DNA from: a virus
Lineage: Duplodnaviria; Caudoviricetes
Strand: one strand, 5' to 3'
DNA length: 24,948 nucleotides
Virus record (IMG/VR): IMGVR_UViG_3300007516_000132
Coordinates: 1-24,948 of that record
The translations under genes were made by a program, and so were the position numbers. Below, piece after piece: positions 1 to 7,073 of the stretch. The notes beneath the pieces were generated by a model that saw nothing but the letters and a program-made list of their open reading frames with translations, was not told the origin of the DNA and did not search any database. The number at the start of each line of letters is the position of its first letter. Position 1 is the first letter of the stretch.

Positions 1-1085
1 ATGCTAGTGTTGTAGCGAAGGTAGCCTGCTGCTGGTGCTCCGTCCCGCTGGGCTGTTGTGCCTACGGGAATAATCCCTGACCCAGTGGGGGAGGTCTTAG
101 ACACAATCACCGAGTCAATGGGATTGGAAACCCAAGCTGTACCATTCCAAGCACGCTGTACACCCCCACCAATCACGGTGTCCCAGTAGGTTGCTCCTAC
201 CAGCAGAGCATTGCCGTCATTGTCCAGCGTGGGGGCGACAGCCTTGGCTCCTAGGTAACGGTCATCTAGGGAGTCATAACTGGCTGCTGCGTTTGTCTCA
301 CTGATCGCTGCTGCGTCCTTGCTTGCCAGCGCTGAGGCGGCATTTGCCGAGGCATTCTGAATCGCTACGATGTTGGCCGCGTTGGTGTTGATGGATGCGA
401 TGTTGGTGGCGTTGGTTGAGACAGCAGCCGACACCCCCGCCACCGTAGTTACATTTGCAGAGATGCCAGCAACCGTGTTGACGTTAGCCGTGTTGCCTGC
501 GACCGTGGTCACGTTCGCAGCCACTCCGGCCACAGTCGTCACGTTTCCAGAGATACCTGCAACCGTCGTCACATTGGCTGATATCCCTGCAACCGTGTTG
601 ATCGAGCCAATGCTGCCAGAGTTTGTCTGGAGCGCCACGATGTTGTCGGCCAGGAGCTCAATATCGGCAACAAGAGCTTCTGCATCAACCGTGCTCGATG
701 CTGGCAACTTGGCAGAGCGATCAACAGCCTCCTTGATCTGCTGCGTTTCCATCGTCAACTTGTCCAGCGCCAGCTCGTGAGACTCAGCTGGGAATGAGTC
801 ATTCGCAACGTAGTCCGCATCTTGGGTGAATGGAACATCCCGAATAATGGTGAGCTTTGTGCCAACCGCCAATACAGCGACCAGCGTCACTGTGCCCGTT
901 GCAGCGCCAGCACCAGCCACGGTATAGTCCGTGGTAAGCGCCAGGGTCGTGTTGACATTGGTCGCGCTGGTCTTAATAACTTGAATGTGACTATCGGCGA
1001 GGAATCGGAATCCGACCGTGAACGGGCCGGTCGAGCCAGCTCCGGCATACGGCCCCGACTTAGAGGTTGATGTTGCAATGGTCAT
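1..1085 (-). CDS. Tail fibre protein (T7 gp17-like N-terminal tail-attachment domain), truncated at left window edge
   Basis: Absent from the ORF track because it has no stop in the window. Read manually from ATG at 1085: MTIATSTSKSGPYAGAGSTGPFTVGFRFLADSHIQV...LTTDYTVAG...TIIRDVPFTQDADYVANDSFPAESHELALDKLTM, typical of podovirus fibre N-termini. It continues through 10-aa repeats, YDSLDDRYLGAK..PTLDNDGNALLVGATYWDT and IPVGTTAQRDGAPAAGYLRYNT, and is open to position 1. It follows the internal virion genes. Confidence 0.88.
   Translation of the reverse strand, partial: MTIATSTSKSGPYAGAGSTGPFTVGFRFLADSHIQVIKTSATNVNTTLALTTDYTVAGAGAATGTVTLVAVLAVGTKLTIIRDVPFTQDADYVANDSFPAESHELALDKLTMETQQIKEAVDRSAKLPASSTVDAEALVADIELLADNIVALQTNSGSIGSINTVAGISANVTTVAGISGNVTTVAGVAANVTTVAGNTANVNTVAGISANVTTVAGVSAAVSTNATNIASINTNAANIVAIQNASANAASALASKDAAAISETNAAASYDSLDDRYLGAKAVAPTLDNDGNALLVGATYWDTVIGGGVQRAWNGTAWVSNPIDSVIVSKTSPTGSGIIPVGTTAQRDGAPAAGYLRYNTS
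363..602 (-). repeat. Degenerate 30-bp (10-aa) tandem repeat in tail fibre shaft
   Basis: INTVAGISAN / VTTVAGISGN / VTTVAGVAAN / VTTVAGNTAN / VNTVAGISAN / VTTVAGVSAA (423-602), followed by two more degenerate units VSTNATNIAS / INTNAANIVA. Confidence 0.9.
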
Positions 1086-1112
1086 AAGCTGCCCCTGAAG
1101 ATATGGTGGATT

Positions 1113-4100
1113 CTACCGCGCCACCTGTGATGGTGGCAAATAAAATGTCTGGCCGTTCTCGCGCTCGGCCCGGCGCTCCATCCTGCGCAGGAAGCCAGGA
1201 TTCATGGACTCCTGCATCCGGTACAGAATGAGATAGTCAAGCGCCGCACGGGTGTAGAAAAGATTGCCAAACGGCGTGTTTTGCAGCGCAGCAGTGAAGC
1301 TCGCAGCCGCCACGTCGTCGCCGGTACGAATTCGCGTCCACAGATCGGCAACCGTGTCGGCCAGATTCAATACTGGACCAGCCAATGAGCCAGTCAACGT
1401 GCCACCCATTCGGTTGAACTTGCCGAACAGGAAGTCGCCGTAGATGCCCATCCCGCCGCCCTGCACCAGCGCAGCAGCCCAGGTGCGAGGGTCGTCAACC
1501 GGTCGAGGATTTTTGCCCTTTAGCAAGTCCTTGATGCTCATGGCCGCATAACCCATGGCGGTGGACAGCGCAACGAAGGTAGCGAGGCCAACCATGTCGC
1601 CCTTGCCGCGCTTGATGTAGTCGCCAATGGTGTCGTAGCCCCTACCGTAAACCTCACGCCCCAGCGTCTGCTGGACAAGCGCTATGGGGAACGATTTAAA
1701 CTGAGTGACAAAGCGAAGCAACTCGCCTGCAACCGTTCCAGGCTGCGTCCCGCGAAGCATGAAAGCCCGTGCGCGAGCGCTAGGCTCGAGCACCGCATGG
1801 TGCATCCGGTCAATGGTCATGGTGCGCAGAGCCGATGCCAGATCGTCCTTCAGGTTCTTAACGGAAACATCGGACACCTTCCGGCCGATGCCGATGATGT
1901 AGTTCTCAATGGCAGCCGCAGGAACGGTCTTGAGCCCGTCCGGTGTCATGTACGCGCGACCGTCCGCCTCCTTCATGGTGGCGATGCGCAGAATATCCCA
2001 CTTGCCAGCGTCGATGTTGTAAAGACCCAACATATCGCGCAGCGACGCTGGTAGTTTTGCAAACGACTTGCTGGAATTGCTGGCAAGGTAGTTTGAGTGG
2101 GTCAGCGCGTAGCCGTCCCGAAGCGCCTCCGTCCACCAATTGATGCCGGACAACTTGAAGAACTGCTGCATAACCGCCGCCGTCTTGCCACCAATAAGGT
2201 CTGGCGAGTCGAATCGGTTGTAGACCGCGCCCAGAAGGGACTCATGAAACACGCCCAAAGAGGCCAGAATCGCCCGCTTCTCGCCAGTCGCCCGGCCACG
2301 GGTCAGCGCGCCGATGCTGTACAACGTGCCAGAAAGCAGATTCTTGTCCTGACCGAAGCGCATCTCGGCGGCATAATTCGACAAGTCGCTGATCGACGAG
2401 ATCAACATGCCGCCGAGCTTCGCCATTGCCTGCCACGAGCGCAGGAAGGAACTTATCCTGGCCGCCGTGAAGTTGCCCGGAATCTGCGACGAACCGTCCA
2501 CCGTGGAGAGCAGGTTCTGCAACTCACTTTTGTGGGAAAGGAACTTAGCCCGGCGCTCTGGGCTTCCGCGCAGGCTCTCGGCGTACTCATCGAACACGCG
2601 AGTGATCGCAGACTCAGGGTTTGTACCCAAGATTTTCAATAGGCCAGCCGACTTACCGGCCTGATCAAGACCCTGCAGCACGGACTCAGCCAGGCGGCCC
2701 TGACCAAACTTCTCGTTGTACTCGAATGAAGCATTCCCGTCCTTGAAGTGCAGCACGCGAGAAACAGACTCGCGCTTTGCCAGGCTGGAGCCAGTGCCCA
2801 GCGCCATCGTATCAACATCGCTGGTGACGGCCTTCATGTGTGTACCAGCCGCAAAGTCGTCATAAACCCGCGTCAGGAAGTCGTCAGCCGTTCCATTGAA
2901 GTCGCGCAGCGAACGATTCACATCCAGCCGTGGCAGGACAAACTCTTTAAACGCCTTCTCGCCAACGTCCCGGATTTTGAACATATCGTGCGACTGGCGG
3001 GTGATGTAGCCAGACAGGTCACGAATCCAAGAACCGAAGCGATTTCGGGTGTTGCGCGCGTCCTCTTGGTACTTGGAAACGATCTCGGCGATCTTGACCG
3101 CCTCTGGTGAAACTTTACCTGCAGGCTCGCCCCGGCCAAGATTCCACATGGCAATCGAAACATCCCGGTCAAACGTGCCGGAGGTGAACTGCCCCATGAG
3201 CCCGGCCTTCTCAAGATCGGCAATGATTCCGCCCAGCCACTCGCCCCGAAAGTTCTTCTGCTCGGCCTCGACGGAGATGCGACCACCGGCACGCTTGCGC
3301 TCTGTGCCCACCAGGAGGCCACGGAAGCCCTCGAAGTCCAGGCCAGCAGCGCGGAACTGATTGACGTAGGCCGTGGCCTTCAAGCGCGCCGCCATGTTGA
3401 GCGAGGCGTTGCGCTTTTCAATGACGGCCGCCATTTCCAGATTGTTTGCCAGATCGTCCGCTGCTTGCATGGCCTCGGACTGCAGGCCGGACGCAGCGTC
3501 CTCAGCGCCCAGCGAGTCTCGCGCCTTGCGAGCAACACCGCGCAGACCTTTAACCGAGCGGCGCAGACCGTCCAGCAGGTCGGTGATCTCGATAGGCGAG
3601 AGGTCTGGCATGGCCGCCTTCATGGCCGCCGTTGCCTGTGCATCGTTGTCGAGCTTGTCAGCCGCAGCGCGCAGCACCTTGGAGTAGCCCTTGGCGCGCA
3701 CGACAGCCGCCTCGTAGGGCTGCATCTCGTCCTTGGTCGTGGATGGGTCAGGGGTCTCACCGCGGCAGTAGCGGGTGGCCTGGCTTGCAGAGCCTCCGAA
3801 CTCGTCAAGATTGAGCACCTGGCCACGACCAGGCCCGACCGGGACCAGCGCCAGAACCGAGGTCTCTCCGTTTATCACAGCCGCCGCATGGCGGTGGTGG
3901 CCGTCCAAGACAAGCCCGTCCTTATCGAGAAGAATCGGGAACACATCCTCTGGCCGACGATTCGCAGCATTGCCGGTCTTGATCTGTGCCGCCGTCTCGA
4001 CCGACGAATCGTTGATGTAGTCCTCGCCGAACTGCTGCAGACGAACCGAGTCGAGCGGAACAGGACGAATGACATAGTTGTCAGATGTTGCCAGCAGACG

Positions 4101-7064
4101 ACGACGCAGGCCGTCCTCGACGTATTGGCGGTTGGCCGACACGAACTGCCGGAACTGGTCGGCTGCGGAGCCAGCACGGCTAAAGGCTGGAACCAACCCA
4201 CCAACCCGCTCGCCCAGCGCAGCAGAATGCAGCGCAGACACAGCCATGGCGCGGAAGTCGGCCTCGGTCAGCGTCATGCGCTCCTGCGCGAACTCGAACG
4301 TGCGGTAGGCCCAGGCCCGAACCGCAGCAATGATGCGCTGCACAATCGGCAGCTCTGGCGCGTGCTGGACAAGGTAGGCCAACTGCTCCTCACGAATCAA
4401 ACCAGCAGGCGTGTCCTTCGGAACGCGACCGCGAGCAGCCAGCGCCCAATCGTCGCCGCGCAGGATGGCATCATCCAACTCACGCAGCACGCCCTGGAAC
4501 ACATCGGCTCCCAGCATGCGCTCCATGCCGGTGTGAACACCGACCTCGTGGAGCAGCATCCCTCGCGCCTCGAACTCGGCAACGTTGGAAGCCACGATAT
4601 ACACCGTGCCATCGGGAGCCGTCGCACCCTTGGTGTCCGCCGGGTGAGGCCCGCCGGGTATGTCTTTCGGAGTGGTAACCACCCGAACACCACCAGCCTC
4701 CAGCAAGGCATCTGTGGATTTTCCAAAGGACAGGCGCAGCGCCTCGGTCAAACCTTCTGGCGTGTCCGTGCTGCCCTGCCAGAGCGTCGCCTTCTTCTGC
4801 CCAGGAGCCTCACCACGCGAATACTTGAAGGACTGGTCGCCAGCTGCCACCGTATCATTCAGCACCGTATCAGCGTCGGCCATCGCAGACTCGGCATCCT
4901 TGACACCCGCCCACTTCTGAGACTTCGCCACGCGCGCCTCAACAGCAGCAGACGCATCAAAGTCGGCCGTTGCCACGTTCTCAGGCTGGTATGCGCGGTC
5001 GGTCGCCTCGGACACAGACGCAATCGTGGCGGTCTTGCGCGCCGGGTCAAGCCCAATGATGGCCTCGACTTCCACGTTCCGACCGTCAACCGACTGAGCC
5101 ACCGATGCGCGCAGGGTGGCCTCGCGGGTCTCAGGCGACACCATGGCCGCAACCTCGGCAGCCGTGTCCATGCTCTGCTCGGCGTTGGCAATTGCCTGAG
5201 CCAGCAGCCCGGCCTTGTCGGGCACGCCACCGCCTCCGAATATGTCGGCCTGCTTTGGATTGCCAGCTTCATCGAGCAATCCATAGAAGCCAGTGATCGC
5301 GTCGGCCATGCGACGAGGTGAGCCAATGTTGCGGCCCATGAACTCCAGCAGCGTCAAGCCTTCCGGGGTAAGGGTTTCCCCGAAGGCATCGATCTGGGCC
5401 AGGTAGTCCTTCACGCTCATGCCGGACTCGCGCAGGGTGTTGAACTTCTCGACCGCCATCTGAATGTCGGAGGCAATATCCAGCGGGTGAAGGTCGCCGG
5501 ACACGATGGACGCGCGCGCATTGGCAATGACCGGAGCCGTGCGGCCCAGCGCCATCACCAGATTCCGACTGCCCGGGTCCATGGACTCAATCAGTCGGCC
5601 AAGCGTCGGCGAGTCGCCGTAGGCTTTGAACAGGAGCGCCGCATTCAGGCGTTGCAGGCCACTGGCAGACAGGCGGCCGTCCTCATCCATAAGGCTGTTG
5701 CGTTTGTTTTCAGGCTGGGCGTTTACCCAGGCGCGCACCGCGCCCCGGTTTTCTGGCGCATTCAAGTCGCCGTCGGCCCCGACCTGCAGCCGAATCTCGC
5801 CCATGCGCTCGGCATCGACCTTGGCCTGCTCAAGCGGGCTCATGTCGGTCGAGCCGCCCTCGTTGGACAGAATGGCAGCACGTTTCACATCAACCTCGCG
5901 CTGGAGGATGCGCACCAGAACCGGCTTCACCATGCCAGCTACTGACTTGGGGTCAATGCCCAGGCTCTCCATGCGGGCCTCGAGCGCCGCCTTGTACTCG
6001 CCGCCCTTGCCGATCTCGTAAGCTCGCGCAACGAACAGCACCCGGCCATTGCCGCCAATGATGCGCCCGTCAGCCGCCAGGGTAGGCGCGCCGTAGTCCA
6101 TGACTGGCGAATCAGACAGGAGATTGAAGTCGAGATTGTTGGCGCGCTGCTGAATCTCGGTCTGGTACGCCGCACGAGTGCGGTCGCGGAACTGGTTGTC
6201 GGCCTTGCCAACCGTGGCTTGTAGCTGGTCAGCATCGACCACCGACCAGCGCGCAGGCTCATAGGTCTCGCCGATACGAATCTGCGTCTCGCCGCCGGAC
6301 ACCATGCCAGCCGGAGGCTGTGACACCGCATCGCGCATAGGGTCAGGCGTGATCATGCCTGGCTTGCTGCTGCCGAAGCTCTTGTAAATGTCCTTGGCGC
6401 TGCCGCCCAGCACATGCACACCGCCGCCAAAGGCCGTGCCGAATGCGATGTTTGCCATGGAGTCCAGCGCGCCGTAGTCGTCACCCAAATCGTTACGAGC
6501 GTATGAGTATGCGGGCTCCAGGATGGCCGTCGAGATACCGGCATCAGCGCCACCCAAGACAGCGCGAGAGGCAGTACGAGTAGCAAAAGACTCTGCCAAG
6601 AGCCCGGCACGAGTAGCATTGAGAGCAGTGATGCCACGCGTCCATGGAACGAAGGCCGTCGCCAAGTTGAGCGGGTCAGCCATACCAGCACCGAACATGG
6701 CAGCGCCACGAAGCACGGAGCTTGCATCCCATGGAGTGCGCTCTCGAACGTCCTTGATTATGGTCAGCTCGCGCTGGCGCTCCAGCAGGCCGTCAAGCTG
6801 TTTGCGCGTGTACTCGCCGCCAACAACCGTCTTCCCAAACTTTAACCCGGACTGCTTGATCGCATCAGCCGCCTCGATGCCGCTGAGTTTTAAGCCGTTG
6901 GCGTCGCCAGTTTTTGAGTTATAAAAGTCAACGGCAGACGGCCCATAAGACTCCAGCCAAGCCTCCCTGACCGACGCGTTCATCTTATTACCCCAAGATG
7001 GCTCGAAGTCCTGCAAGGAGAACTGTGAAGTCCCAGCGTCGTCGGTTCCGAGATAAAGCGGCAT
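1113..7064 (-). CDS. Large internal virion (ejection) protein, polyvalent: DdrB-like ParB domain + zincin-like peptidase + ParB/Srx domain inserted in an epsilon15/BPP-1-type internal protein
   Basis: 1983 aa; last and largest of three genes between tail tube B and the tail fibre. Gly/Ala-rich hydrophobic N-terminus. Motifs: NQFRDRTR...GAPTLAADGRIIGGNGR (aa ~290-341), LLHEVGVH...REEQLA (aa 837-896), PILLDKDGLVLDGHHRHAAA (aa ~1043-1062). Helical C-terminal region with GT..GELLRFVTQFKSFP and GGGMGIYGDFLF. Confidence 0.82.
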   Translation of the reverse strand: MPLYLGTDDAGTSQFSLQDFEPSWGNKMNASVREAWLESYGPSAVDFYNSKTGDANGLKLSGIEAADAIKQSGLKFGKTVVGGEYTRKQLDGLLERQRELTIIKDVRERTPWDASSVLRGAAMFGAGMADPLNLATAFVPWTRGITALNATRAGLLAESFATRTASRAVLGGADAGISTAILEPAYSYARNDLGDDYGALDSMANIAFGTAFGGGVHVLGGSAKDIYKSFGSSKPGMITPDPMRDAVSQPPAGMVSGGETQIRIGETYEPARWSVVDADQLQATVGKADNQFRDRTRAAYQTEIQQRANNLDFNLLSDSPVMDYGAPTLAADGRIIGGNGRVLFVARAYEIGKGGEYKAALEARMESLGIDPKSVAGMVKPVLVRILQREVDVKRAAILSNEGGSTDMSPLEQAKVDAERMGEIRLQVGADGDLNAPENRGAVRAWVNAQPENKRNSLMDEDGRLSASGLQRLNAALLFKAYGDSPTLGRLIESMDPGSRNLVMALGRTAPVIANARASIVSGDLHPLDIASDIQMAVEKFNTLRESGMSVKDYLAQIDAFGETLTPEGLTLLEFMGRNIGSPRRMADAITGFYGLLDEAGNPKQADIFGGGGVPDKAGLLAQAIANAEQSMDTAAEVAAMVSPETREATLRASVAQSVDGRNVEVEAIIGLDPARKTATIASVSEATDRAYQPENVATADFDASAAVEARVAKSQKWAGVKDAESAMADADTVLNDTVAAGDQSFKYSRGEAPGQKKATLWQGSTDTPEGLTEALRLSFGKSTDALLEAGGVRVVTTPKDIPGGPHPADTKGATAPDGTVYIVASNVAEFEARGMLLHEVGVHTGMERMLGADVFQGVLRELDDAILRGDDWALAARGRVPKDTPAGLIREEQLAYLVQHAPELPIVQRIIAAVRAWAYRTFEFAQERMTLTEADFRAMAVSALHSAALGERVGGLVPAFSRAGSAADQFRQFVSANRQYVEDGLRRRLLATSDNYVIRPVPLDSVRLQQFGEDYINDSSVETAAQIKTGNAANRRPEDVFPILLDKDGLVLDGHHRHAAAVINGETSVLALVPVGPGRGQVLNLDEFGGSASQATRYCRGETPDPSTTKDEMQPYEAAVVRAKGYSKVLRAAADKLDNDAQATAAMKAAMPDLSPIEITDLLDGLRRSVKGLRGVARKARDSLGAEDAASGLQSEAMQAADDLANNLEMAAVIEKRNASLNMAARLKATAYVNQFRAAGLDFEGFRGLLVGTERKRAGGRISVEAEQKNFRGEWLGGIIADLEKAGLMGQFTSGTFDRDVSIAMWNLGRGEPAGKVSPEAVKIAEIVSKYQEDARNTRNRFGSWIRDLSGYITRQSHDMFKIRDVGEKAFKEFVLPRLDVNRSLRDFNGTADDFLTRVYDDFAAGTHMKAVTSDVDTMALGTGSSLAKRESVSRVLHFKDGNASFEYNEKFGQGRLAESVLQGLDQAGKSAGLLKILGTNPESAITRVFDEYAESLRGSPERRAKFLSHKSELQNLLSTVDGSSQIPGNFTAARISSFLRSWQAMAKLGGMLISSISDLSNYAAEMRFGQDKNLLSGTLYSIGALTRGRATGEKRAILASLGVFHESLLGAVYNRFDSPDLIGGKTAAVMQQFFKLSGINWWTEALRDGYALTHSNYLASNSSKSFAKLPASLRDMLGLYNIDAGKWDILRIATMKEADGRAYMTPDGLKTVPAAAIENYIIGIGRKVSDVSVKNLKDDLASALRTMTIDRMHHAVLEPSARARAFMLRGTQPGTVAGELLRFVTQFKSFPIALVQQTLGREVYGRGYDTIGDYIKRGKGDMVGLATFVALSTAMGYAAMSIKDLLKGKNPRPVDDPRTWAAALVQGGGMGIYGDFLFGKFNRMGGTLTGSLAGPVLNLADTVADLWTRIRTGDDVAAASFTAALQNTPFGNLFYTRAALDYLILYRMQESMNPGFLRRMERRAERENGQTFYLPPSQVAR

Positions 7065-7073
7065 CAGTTTGTC

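Noticed and set aside
423-602. 30-bp periodic repeats as a possible CRISPR array or DGR TR/VR pair
   Set aside because: There are no spacers, differences are mostly synonymous third positions rather than adenine-specific, and no cas or RT gene is in the window.
370-780. 136-aa plus-strand ORF with PATVVT repeats
   Set aside because: It is the antisense shadow of the tail fibre 10-aa repeat.
3465-5321. 618-aa plus-strand ORF, and other long antisense ORFs (8199-9521, 10862-11956, 16374-17258, 20120-20968)
   Set aside because: They lie opposite well-supported genes, have Arg/Gly/His-rich shadow composition and no motifs; long antisense frames are expected in GC-rich coding DNA.
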